DNA of 64,000 bases. Source: Azolla caroliniana (Eukaryota; Plantae; Polypodiophyta). Numbering within the stretch: the first letter of the stretch is position 1; the number at the start of each line of letters is the position of its first letter. Location: positions 11,904,001 through 11,968,000 of the forward strand of contig JBHGNT010000014.1 in the NCBI GenBank assembly GCA_043228905.1, written 5' to 3'. This document shows, piece by piece, positions 24,866 to 36,638 of the stretch. The position numbers and the translations under genes are program-made. Under the pieces are notes generated by a model. The model did no database searches and was not told the DNA's origin. It was given only the letters and a program-made list of their open reading frames with translations.

Positions 24866-25340
24866 AAAACTGTGTTATTGCTAGGGCCAGACAACAGCCT
24901 AACACAGGGTGTCCACTTAAGACACGTCACCAAAGGGTGGTATGGCAGAATGACTTACGGCACAATACTTAATTAGACCTTAATCGATTACTTAGCCATC
25001 CGTAATTAACACGCGTAAGATATGACAATAATTACAGAACGGTAATCAACACTTGATGATTAAGACAATAAGCTTTATTAATTATCCGTTGTCGATTACA
25101 TTGTAACCGGGCCTTTATATAGGTCTCCGGTGCGAAATACAAAACGGTGCCAACCGGCACCTTTACGGTATCGTTCCGGATCCGGATCGGCATACCGATT
25201 TCGGTCGGTCCGTCCACATCTTCTTATATAATAATATGTATATATTAAGACTACTAATTCCAACAGTTCCCGAATAACTATTCCTTTCACACTCTGGTTT
25301 GGACCTCCTTTAGCCTTCTTTGCCGGCCGGTAACATTCAA

Positions 25341-27537
25341 GATAAGGTCTGAACTATGTTGTTCACTTGATTAATCGGGCACCTAACAGGTCTTTGGGAG
25401 GGAGAATACCCCAAGAAGCGTGGTTAGGCAAGCCACCTTCATATGCTCACTTGAGAGTGTTTGGTTGTGAGGCTTTTGTGTACATTCGTAAAGAAAAACG
25501 CAACAAACTTGAGCCAAAGTCCTACAAATGTATTTTCCTAGGATACGGTGACGAGGGTGAAATGGGGTATAGATTGTGGGATCCCAAGAAAAGAAAAATA
25601 GTACGCAACAATGATGTTATCTTCTAGGAAAATCGCATGCATAAACAACCCGAAAAGACCGAGGCTGTATGGAGGGTTGTATTCTGAGAAGAAATACCTT
25701 TTAGATACAAAAATGTGCCCGCTGTACAGAAACAAACACATGCTATAAACTTACCTGCAAATGCAGAAAATGAGGTTGGAAATTATCAGCCAGCCTTTGC
25801 CAATAATGATGAGCCACCAAATGTGCAAGAATGGCTAGAACAATAAGCTGTTAATGCTTATTTGCAGGCTCAACAGTTACCAAACAATGAGCATTGGGTT
25901 AGGAGATCGTCTAGAGTTACTAAAAGGCCTGACATATTTGTTCCTGATGTAAACAGTGTGGCAGATTATGTCATGGTAATTGATTGTGGCACCGACTTGC
26001 TTCAAGGAAGCAATGGAAAGAAAAGACAATAAGAAGTGGTATAAAGCCATGTTGTCAGAGATGGAATCTCTTGAGAAAGATGACACTTGGGACTTGGTGC
26101 AGTTGCCTAAAGGGCAGAAAACACTTCCATGCAAATGGGTTTATAAAATGAAGGTCATTTCTGATTCCTCGCCAAAGTACAAAGCAAGATTGGTTGCAAA
26201 AGGATACAAGCAGGAATATGGAGTTAATTTTGATGAGATCCTCTCGCCTGTAGTCAAGATGACTACATTAAGAATCATTTTGGGCTTAGTTGTAGCTGAA
26301 GATATGGAGCTCATACAGATGGATGTGAAGACCGACTTTTTACATGGCGATTTGCATGAAGACATATATATGCAGCAGCCTGAAGGTTTTGTGGCTAAAG
26401 GCAAAGAGAAGATGGTTTGTAAGCTCAAAAGGAGTTTGTATGGGTTGAAACAAGCAGGTCAAGAGAATAGTATCATAAATTTGATGCATTTATGCAATCT
26501 CAAGGTTTTCGTAGAAGTCAAGTGGACCACCGCTTGTACACCAAGAAGGCAGGAGATGGCAGCCTGATTATCTTGGTTTTGTATGTTGATGATATGTTGA
26601 TTGTTGGCAAGAATATTCATGCCATGGATTCATTGAAGCAAAGCCTTCATGGCAGCTTTGATATGAAGGATCTTGGTGATGCAAATCACATCCTTGGCAT
26701 GCGAATACTTCAAAACCGGTCGAAAGGGGTACTCTTTCTATCTCAACAGGAGTATATCTCTAAGGTTTTGCAGCGTTTCAATATGGAGGGGGGGGAAACA
26801 ATTGAGGTTGCATTGCCTCCATATTTGAAACTCAGTGAAGAAGACAATCCTACATTTGATGATGAGAAGCCTGAAATGGCTAAGGTTCCATATGCTTCAG
26901 TCGTTGGCAGTTTGATATATGCGATGGTTGCTACACACCCTGGTATTGCCTTTGCAGTGGGAGTGGTTAGTAGGTACATGGAAAATCCCGGCAAAAAGCA
27001 TTGGGAAGCAGTGAAGGTATTATGAGATACCTCAAAGGCACAAAGAACTTGGGCATTGCCTTTTGAAAGCAAAAGGCATCTGTCATTGGTTTTACGGATG
27101 CAGACTATGCTGGTCACGCAGACTGCAGGAAGTCTACTTCTAGGTATGTGTTTACTTTCACAGGAGGAGCGGTCTCTTGGATCTCCAGACTACAGAAGTG
27201 TGTTGCATTGTCTACTACAGAGGCATAGTATGTTGCTGCCACTGACGCATGCAAAGAGGCTTTATGGCTTTCATATCTAGTGAAAGATCTTGGCATTATA
27301 GAGTTACCTATTCTTCATTGTGACAGCCAGAGTGCTACCATGCTAGCTCAGAATCCCATCTTTCATGCAAAGACGAAGCACATAGAGTTGAAGTATCACT
27401 TCATCAGAGATGTACTTGATAGCAAGAACATTGAGCTTGTCAAAGTACATACAAATAATAATCTTGCATATCTTCTCACGAAGGGTCTTCCGGGTAAGTG
27501 ATTTGCTCATTGCCGATAGATGATGGGAGTTGGATAG
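25341..27537 (+). pseudogene. Copia A integrase C-terminus, RT and RNase H
   Basis: HLRVFGCEAFVYI, CKWVYKMK, YKARLVAKGY, QMDVKT, LYVDDML, CDSQSA...KTKHIELKYHFIR, with frameshifts. Confidence 0.93.
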
Positions 27538-27770
27538 ATGTATGTAGTTCAGCTTTGTACATACTTGGAGTTAGTTGACTTTCTTTTTCTTTCTCTCATG
27601 ACACATTGCCTTTAGGTGGGAGGTTGTTGTGAATAAGGGCCATTGTGCCTTTTATTAGTGCACGAGTGTGAACGCAGTCATAGCACACTTTTGACGTGTA
27701 TATACATAATATCTAAAAACCAAAAAGAGGTACACTCTTTGTACCCAAGACAACGTGCATCTCTCTCTGT

Positions 27771-28602
27771 CATGGTTGTTTACATACCCGCATTTAACGT
27801 TTAAATACGTATAATGCCTCATAATTTGTATAGTACGTACTATACCTCAATGTTGCTCAGTCAAATATCATGTACATTTTTCCAATACGGTATTTAATGT
27901 ACATTTGAAAAAATATGTATAATGCGTATTTATAAAAAAATGTAAGTAAAACCCCATCAAAAAGCAAAAGAAAAAAAATAGTGAAAAAGAAGCAAAAAGA
28001 AGGAAGAAAGAAGAACAAAAGAGATGACGATGAAGAAGAAGAAGAAAAAGAAAGAAAATAAGATTGAAACCTGTCCCGACTCTAAGTGTGATAATCACAG
28101 AAGATAGAAGAAGATGATGATGAAGAAGAAGACAGAAAAGAAGACAGAAACGTATAGTGAGTGTGATAATCGTAGACGATTCCTAAATCTATGAGGGCAT
28201 AATCGTAAATAATTACAATTTGAAGTAGAACATCGTGATACACACACTAATTTATAGAACAAGTGAATGTCAAGATCCATATTAATAAGTATTTTAGGAT
28301 GTGAAATGTTCAAAAGTCTTATATGCATTTTGGGATGTAGAAGTATAATGTACATCACAAATTTGTGTAAACATAGATGCTTTTTACAATATTACACATA
28401 TTTTTTAGAAATGTAAGTAATTTTCAAATTCTAGAAGTATTTAATGTACTATACGTAAAAAACGTAATTTACGTATTTTATAAGTATTTAAAATCTTAAA
28501 AAACGTATTTAACGTATTTTTAAATTGGGAGGTACTATACGTGTATTAATACGTTAAATACGTATGGTATCCATACCGTATCTAACGTACCTAACAACCT
28601 TG
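27771..28602. mobile_element. Non-autonomous hAT-type DNA transposon (MITE) in the Copia A 3' LTR
   Basis: TIR CA(T/A)GGTTGTT; 8-bp TSD CTCTCTGT/CTCTCTCT; many subterminal (A/T)ACGTA motifs. Absent from the 5' LTR. Confidence 0.82.
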
Positions 28603-28687
28603 CTCTCTCTCTCCCTTTGTCTCCCACTCAGACTCTCTCTCTCTCTCTGTTTTTGACCTAAACCCTAATCCTTGTGCTGCCTTCAAA

Positions 28688-29290
28688 CTAAGGAGCATTT
28701 GAGGCCCCTACCTTGTACTTGATTTACCTCTCCAAGTAGTATCACGAGTAGTGGGCAAACTATTGGTTGCATAGTCTGCCATAAAGTGGTATTCTGCCAT
28801 AAAGTGCCCCCATTTACTGGATCCAAAGTAATGACCTACAAATGTGACCTGCTTCAATTTAAAACAATGTATTTTCATACCAAATGTGTTCATATGTACC
28901 CATGGTAGCCTCTCATGACTTGTATCCCATCGATAACACAAAAAATCTACAATTATTTGTAGCATTTGCATGTGGGAATACCAACACTTTACCCATTTCA
29001 CTCATGAACTTAATAAAAGGGGCCATAAAAATGCATGCTTACAATCTATTCTTAACCAAACGAGACATTCCTATTTCAACAAAGAACAATAGTCCACTAT
29101 AGGGGACCATTGCATGCCATTCACCAACCATTTATCAAAGAACATGGGAACTTTACCGAACAATGTACTTCAATGTTTAGAAAACCCTTGTAGGCCTGTA
29201 TATATATTCCTAACACAATTCATCAATATGATTGTGTTTAGTAATTGTTTAATCCAATTTACAAATGAGAGTTTCCCCCTTGTTGAGAAG
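28688..29290 (-). mobile_element. Second L1 ORF1 fragment, paralogous to 8472-8863
   Basis: Near-identical translation MKWVKCWYSHMQM...GSSKWGHFMA. It continues past the point where the first copy is cut. Confidence 0.65.
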
Positions 29291-29650
29291 TGTAAAAGAT
29301 AATATGCGGAAGCTTTGAGAAAACCGATGACACCGGATAGCAATAGAGAATAAACACAGGTTTAATGCAAGCTTACAATACACGGAAGAGACAGAGAGAG
29401 CACAACAAAGAAATCAATTCGAATAATAACCCTCTATACATACATAGTACTGACAAGTACGTCAATGCTCATACGAGCGACTGACACTGACTCCCAAAAA
29501 TATGCCTACGTACTAGGCTAGATTCGTAGGCCTCTAATGGCCTACCGGTTACAATTCGATCCGGCTCTGGCTTGTTCAGCCGATCCGGATCCGTTTGAGC
29601 TTGTCCGCTCAACACTCCCCTTCAAGATCAATTTGAGGTCAGATCGCAGT
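29291..29650 (-). mobile_element. 3' LTR (29291-29614) and PPT remnant of a Copia B-family element
   Basis: TGTAAAAG...GCTCAACA, similar to the 52763 and 61720 LTRs, with the adjacent CTCCCCTTCAAG PPT complement. Confidence 0.8.
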
Positions 29651-30481
29651 GTTAGTGTCTATGTGTTGCCCGTAAGAATATACGGGGAGGCATAAGGGTA
29701 TGCGTAATGATGTGGTTGATGTGTATGTGTAAAGTAAATGTGTGTGTGAGGATGAGTATGTGTATGGACACATGCACAATTATGTGCATGTGTACAAGAA
29801 TGTGTAACGGCTTATTTATAACGGTCATGTAACCGTTACATTGGATGTATTATATAAACCACCTATGGGGTATGTAATGAGATATACATTTCCCCCCTCT
29901 CATTTTGTGTAATTTTGTATTTGTCTTTCTGTCTTGCTCTTTCTCTAACTTGACCCCCTTGGGAGGGGGTGAAGCTAACAATCGGCAACGGTTTGGTTCA
30001 GTTTGAGAGGGTCCAAACCGAACCGTTTAAAATTTTTGAAACCTGAACCAAACCAAACCGAACGGCGAAACTGTTAAACACTTTTCGAACCGTTAAACCA
30101 TTAAACCGTAAAAACCACGGTTTCGTGGTTTGGTTTCAGTTTTCAACATAGGTCAAATTTTTAATTTTTTTAAATTTATAATATTTCATTTTTTTAAATT
30201 TTTTAAATTTTTAAGATGTTCCTAAAATGTGAAAATAAGGTTTAAAAATGAAAAGATTGTTTAAAAATAATTTTTAGAATTTTTTAGAATTAAAAAAAAA
30301 AAAACAAAACCGTTAAACCGTTTAAACCACCGCGGTTTTTTACTGATGAAACCGAACCGAACCGTTAAGCCGTTAAACCGTGGTTTTGCGGTTCAGTTCG
30401 GTTCAAACCGAACCGTTGCCGATTGTTTGGTGAAGCCATTCTAGGTTTCACCCCCCACCCCAACAACACTTTTGGCACGCC
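29650..30481 (+). mobile_element. Gypsy LTR fragment (ends 30468) with PBS TGGCACGCC (30473-30481)
   Basis: Homologous to about 44320-44667. Ends CCCCAACAACA followed by CTTT and the PBS. Confidence 0.7.
29976..30428. mobile_element. hAT-type MITE (453 bp)
   Basis: TIR AACAATCGGCAACGGTT(T/C)GGTT; perfect 8-bp TSD GGTGAAGC; AAACCG subterminal repeats. The empty site is visible near 44628. Confidence 0.93.
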
Positions 30482-31421
30482 TGAACGGATGACCCTCCTT
30501 TGAGAGGAAGTCACTCCCTCACTCCTGTCTCCATCACTAATTTCTTTGCTCACTCTCTCTACCTAAAACCCTAGACACCCCAAAGTTCATCTCTATGTCC
30601 ATCTCTCTCATTCTGTGTATTTGCGTTGCGTTTGTGTTGTGCATGTGTCTGTTTGTGTCCACTTCCAAAGGATGAAGACAAAGAAGAGGAGGATGATGAT
30701 GATTATGAGGAGGAAAGTGAAACAATTCTGCGCATAGAAGAATGGTATCAGAAGACAAAAGAATGAATGGGCCTGACAGCTACCTCGTGGCCGGATTGAA
30801 GGCCATCGCCAACCGCCTCCTCAGCATCGTGCCTCCTCCTCTGCGGGAGCAACAGATGCTCCTCCCTCTGATCTCCCCTCATGAAAATCTCCAACTCATC
30901 CTCGCAGACTTGGAGCTAGCGTCTAAGGAGGAGCGAGATCGATGCAATATAGCAACGTAGAATTAGTGAAGCTGAGAGATTTCCTAGTGCAGTCCAAGGA
31001 ATGCCGCGACAAGTAATGCGAAGCTCTTTCATCGATGATGGATGCATTGGAGCGCCTACACGCGCAGCAGGTGGAGGCGAAGAGTGGTTCTTATGATGAT
31101 GTTGCAGGCATCACTCCTCCGCAGCACTAAGGCACCTATGATGCTCTAAGGATCGCCATCGCGACCTTCTTGAGCAATCTCTTCAACCATTACATCAAGA
31201 AGCTCCCCAATGAGAATGAGGTAGTCGAATCAAAAGCAGTAAGCTGAATGATCAACGGAAGAAGATGGATCGCCGTATGTGCGCCATTCTGTTGTGAGGT
31301 CCTCTTCTTTGACTATGAGATTTTTCCATCGCTGCACGCTTCTCTGATGTTCTAGGTCCCCAGGGAAGCGAAGAGAGCATGGTTCAAGGAGCACGAAACA
31401 TGCAGGAAAATGGCGCCTAAG

Positions 31422-32079
31422 TGATAGGAACTACACGCTCCGATGAACAACGCTCGACCACAACCGAGTCTAAAATCAAACACAGAAAACGGGTAATGAA
31501 CGCATGACACAAAGGTGAGAGAAGAGTGCACAGGATGTTTGACGTGGAAAACCCTAAGAGGGAAAAACCACGGGAGTCCACCGACTCCAAACTATCACTA
31601 TATCACAATGATTACAACAGTGAGTTCACGGAGGCAACAACCTCGTGCTCACAATCTTCGCCACAAAGGCAACGACCTCTTCCTCTCTCTCTCTCTCTCT
31701 GTACACTGTTACACACTGTCTAGTCTTGCACCAACAAGAATGACAACCACTCTATACACAAAGTTTGCCCTAAGTCATATTTATACTAATATGACTTTTC
31801 GGCTATTTACAAATATAGCCTCGTTGGACTCTCAGAAGACATATTTACAAATATGTCCCTTCATCCGGTGAGCACTCCTCACTGGGCCTGCATCATCTAG
31901 ATCTTGCCGGGCACTCGTCATCCGGTTCTCACGGGGTCTTCCGTAACTGGGTACTCCTCATCCGGTTCTCACTGGGTCTTCCGTAGCTGGGTATTCTTCA
32001 TCCGGTTTCGGCCTCGGTCGAGTTTGCTCATCCAGACTGTTCTTCTCACTTCCCATCCGGAGGGACCTGTTTCCTAACA
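31422..32079 (-). mobile_element. Solo LTR (658 bp), probably Copia
   Basis: TGATAGGAA...TTCCTAACA termini; 5-bp TSD CTAAG; internal tandem repeats of about 39 bp at 31860-32035. Confidence 0.85.
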
Positions 32080-34265
32080 CTAAGAACTTGCAGAAGGGCA
32101 ATGAGAAGTTTTCCGACTTCCTTCAATCGAAAGCTTCCGTGATGGTGGAGAAGCTGGATTGTCTACTCTTCATCAGTAAAGCTCGTGTGCCCCGCCATGT
32201 GAGCTGCAAGAAGATACAACTTAATGTAAGCATGAAGGAGAGACAATATTATGTAACCAGCATCAAGGAGATACAGTCCCATGTGAAGTGCAAGGAGATA
32301 CTACCCCATGTGAGCAGCAAGGACTCACATTGCGGCCATGGAAGCACCAAGGACCTAGAATCATCGACATGTCTGATTGTGTAGTAAGGGGGTTTCATGA
32401 AGGTGATTAAATCGGCGTGGATGCTCCTGAATATGGCCTTCTCGTTTGAACCAACTGCAAAGGTCCTGCATGATGTTGCCGTCAGAGGAGGGATATGGGG
32501 TTCTTTTTTTCAGCTTGCCTTTGAGTGTGATGCAAAGCCTAGAGATCTCTTCAAAGAAGAACTAGTTGCGTATGTAGAACGATATTCATTGTGTTCTGAT
32601 GCAACCAAACAAGTGTTGATCTGCTATGGTATCATTGAAGATGTCCAAGAATCTAAAATCTCTATGAATTCTGATGCTAGTGGTGTTTGTGAGTCACCAT
32701 ATGCTTGCAACATTCCATTCAGGAGCAAGTGAATGAATCAGAAGAAAGAACACCGCTAAAACATAGAACAGATGCAAAGAATACTAATGAGGAGATCATC
32801 GATGTCCAGGTCATGTGGGAGCAATGGATGTCGATAGTCTCACTAGGGAGGTGGTTTCATGCATAATTTCTAGTATGGACTTCATTGACAGTCCTCCTGT
32901 GGTAGAAAGTCAGATGTGCTCGAATGTCGTAATAGCATCCCCTCCTCAAAGTAGTTGCTTGTTAAAAGCCTCAAAGATTAGCCTAGATTCTGCTGATGAA
33001 AGGGACAATATGGGAACTTCTATTTTATACCAAATGGAATCGAGCAAATGGAACATAAATTTGGATTTATGCCACATGGAATCTTGTGGATCTAAACCAA
33101 GTGTAGATGTATGTAGTAAGATTTTGAGAAAATGGTACAAGATGCAGAGAAATACAATTAAAGATGATAAGATTGTTGATCGTTGCCGCCGCAATAGCTC
33201 CCGCCACCGCAATCGCCATTGCTGAAGTTTGGCGCCGCAATCGCCGTTGCCACCGCTGCCACAATTCGCTAGAAGTGAAAGGTGAGAATATGAATGGAAG
33301 CAAGAAGAGAGGGGCATTCAAAAAGCGCGAGGGCAGATCGCAAAATTTCATAAATTGGAGGGCATCAAAACCGAATTTCAGAAGTTCGAGGGTAGATGAT
33401 GGAATTTCAAAAGTTCGAGGTCATATGACCAAATTTCAAAAACTTGAGGGTAGAAGAAAAATTTTCAAAAGCTCAAGGGCAAAAGATAAAATTTAAAAAA
33501 ACAAAAAAAAAAACTGGAGGGTAGAATAGAATATTTAAAAACAAAACAAGAGGGCCTATGAAAAAAATTTGAGGGAAAAATTTTAAAGACCAAAGGGTAC
33601 AAAATATAAAACTCACTTCACATGATGAAAGAAAGAATATACAAATGCACAACACAATTTCACAACCCATGCCACAGTGAACTAGCCGATTGGTGTATGA
33701 TCCAATCGTGACTTGAGCTGACCGAATGAGAAGCTTCGAGTCAAGCAAAACTCTGATCGAAGTTATCGATCGTAGAGTAGTGATGTTGAGAGACAAGCTC
33801 AACATCGGCCGGATCGGCTGAAGAAGCTGAGGACCGGATCGGTTGGGACCGGATCGGTTAAGCCGAGTGCGAAAACCGGGAGGCCGTTAAGAAAGATATT
33901 CCGTGAGGAATATATTTGGGAGTTAGTGTAGGAGCTCTCAATGAGCATTGAAGTACTGTCAGTACTTCTGTCAGTCCTTCTAGGACTTGTATAAAAGTGT
34001 TCATTGAACACACATTTGTATAGAGTGTGGTGAATAGAGATTGTTTTTGTTGAATATAGTTCTTGTGTTCTCTCTCTCTCACTCTCTCTCTGTCTCTCCC
34101 GCATATACTGCGTAAGCTCAAGCTCTCCATTAAACTTGAGTTTTCTTCCTTTTGTTCGGTCTTCATACTTGCTTCCGCACGCTACTTTCTACATGGTATC
34201 AAAGCGTGAGGGTTGAGAACCTCTCTGCAGCCGACACAGCTTGACGAAGGAGAACAAGAAGAACG

Positions 34266-36474
34266 ATGGATAGAGGCATGGCGAGCTCGCTTCCAACAGA
34301 GAAGCTCGACAGAACCAACTACACGTCTTGGTCTTACAAGATGCACCAGTACCTGCTCGGGCACGACTACTGGAGTTATGTCGAAGGAGCTAATGATGTG
34401 GCACCCGAATCGACACACAGAGACTTCCCGTCGTGGGAGCAATCGGCGAGCAGGGTATTATACTGTTTCGCGTCGTGTGTGGGCGAACAGCTATTGAGCA
34501 ATGTTCGGGATGCAAAGACGCCGAAGGGTGCGTGGGAAAATCTGAAGAAGATTTTTGCCGTGAGCACCACAGCCAGGAAGCTTCAGCTCCAACAGGAGTT
34601 GAGCAACCTACGACAACGCGACTTGTCGGTGGTGGATTATACCTCGAAGATCAAGGATATCTGTGACTCCCTTGCCTCCATAGAGGTGAACATCGAGGAG
34701 AGCAAGATGGTCCAGATATTTCTCAGAGGTTTGGCGTCGAATTTTGGAGCGTTCCAAACGGCTGTGTGTACCTGGGAGAATACGCCGTCCTTTTTCGAGT
34801 TACAGTCAATGCTCCTGGTAGAGGAGAACCACGTGGGTGCGTCTACAAGCACGCACACCGACAACAGAATGTTGTACACAGAGGGAGATAGGCCCCGTGG
34901 ACGTGGAGGACGAGGCGAGTCGGGGCGCAATGGAGGCGGCCGACGAGATCAAGGAAGAAGGCACCGAAGTGATGCCGACAACAACTCCGGACCCTCCGGA
35001 AACAGGGGGAGTCGAAGTGATGAGAACCGGCAAGGGAAGTCCATCGCGGAGTGCTGGTACTGTGGCAAGAAAGGCCATAGGGAAAGTGAGTGCTGGAAGA
35101 AGCGCGCCGATTCGGAGAGAACTGGTTCCGGAAACGGCTCCAGACATACCGACAAGGGAAATCGGCAGCGATCACACTACGCCGAGGACTCTGGGAGAGC
35201 CGGAGAAGGGTCTGCCTTCGTGATGAGACACGAAGAAAACTCAATGAAACAGAGCCCCCCGAGATCGGACGAGGTGTGGTACGTAGACTCCGGCGGGTCA
35301 AACCACATGACGAGCCATAAGGAGTGGTTCTCGTACCTTGAAAAACCAATACAACCTGGAGTAGTCGCAACTGGAGACGACACTCCGCATCCGATCGCGA
35401 ATGTCGGAGAAGTTCCCCTTAGCCATGTCGGGTAGAAAGGGAAACTCATGAACGTGTTGCACGTTCCGACAATCACGAAGAACTTGGTCTCGGTCGGATA
35501 GATCGTCGACCAAGGGATGGAGGTTCGGTTTACACACCTCGGGTGCTTCATTGAGGAAGAAGGCCATGTGATTGCGCAAGGGCGCAGAGACGGGAGGATG
35601 TTCATCCTCGACTCCACTGTTCGCAAAGGGACAAAAAGCCGAGTCGGACATCGACTTGTGGCACAAGCGGATAGGGCATGTCAACTACCAGCGGCTTCAA
35701 GATCTGCAATCGAAACAGGTAGTGTTCGGATTGCCCAAATTTAGTGGCCGAAAGGCACAAATTTGTGAAGCCTGCCAGCTCGGGAAGCAACATCGACTTC
35801 CTTTCCCAAATGAGCGAAACCGGAGCCGGAACAAGCTCGACCTTATACACTCCGATGTGTGGGGGCCGGCACAAAATGTTAGTCTTGGCGGGAGCCGATA
35901 TTTCGTCTCCTTCATTGACGACCACACGCGGCACATGTTGATCTACCTCATTGAGAGGAAGGGCGAAGTCTTCGACTATTTCCGGGACCTCAAAGGGTTC
36001 GTGGAAACGGAAACGGGACAAAAGATCAAGTGCCTGCGGTCGGATGGCAGGAAAGAGTACTTTTCTGGTCCATTCAACGGTTACCTACAACAAATGGGAA
36101 TTCGCCGCGAATTCAGTTGTAGATACACGCCGGAGCAGAACGGCGTGGCCGAGAGAAAGAATCGGTCGATTATGGAAGCGGCACGGGCAATGCTGGAGGA
36201 GAAGAGCTTGCCCAAGTTCTACTGGGCCGAGGCGGTAAGGACCGCGGTATACATCCAGAACCGGATCGGAGACAAAGTGTCAGCACACGAGCTGTATTTC
36301 GGAACGAAGCCGAACTTGCGACACTTGAGGGTGTTCAGTAGCATTGTGTATGTGCATGTACCGAAGGAGAAAAGGAGGAAGCTGGACGCAAAGGCTGAGA
36401 AATGCATCTTGGTCGGTTACTCGGACGAGTAGAAGGGTTATAAGTGCTATAACACTCGCACCAAACAAGCGCGT
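34266..36474 (+). pseudogene. Copia C gag-protease-integrase
   Basis: CWYCGKKGHRESEC, WYVDSGGSNHM, LWHKRIGH...CEACQLGK, IHSDVWGP, EQNGVAERKNR. A few stops and a frameshift. Confidence 0.95.
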
Positions 36475-36607
36475 TGTCGTGTTGTTACGCGCGTGAGTGG
36501 AGAAAGGCGGGACCACGGGGGTCTTGGACTAGGGAGAGAGAGAGCGTAGGAAGTCGTGCTTCGCTGTTTCTGGGGCATCCCGAAAGCACCCCGGAAGCAC
36601 CCGAAGG

Positions 36608-36638
<31 letters not shown>

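Larger units (their letters stand above)
14605..25335 (-). mobile_element. Full-length Athila-like Ty3/Gypsy retrotransposon B
   Basis: LTRs at 14605-15045 and 24873-25335; 5-bp TSD TTCAA. gag-PR-RT-RH-INT-extra ORF on the minus strand; no additional archaeal-type RNase H between RH and INT. Minus-strand TATATAAA and AATAAA in the LTRs. Confidence 0.95.
8864..28685 (+). mobile_element. Ty1/Copia element A (Tork/Tnt1-like), host of several nested insertions
   Basis: LTRs at 8864-9086 and 27625-28685 (the latter split by a MITE). PBS TAGTATCAGAGC (Met-i, 1 mismatch) at 9090-9101; PPT AGGTGGGAGG at 27614-27623. No matching TSD. Confidence 0.88.

Noticed and set aside
35433-35435. TAG after the protease as a read-through codon
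   Set aside because: Paralogues have Gln here (HVGQKGK in copy F), so it is a C-to-T decay mutation.
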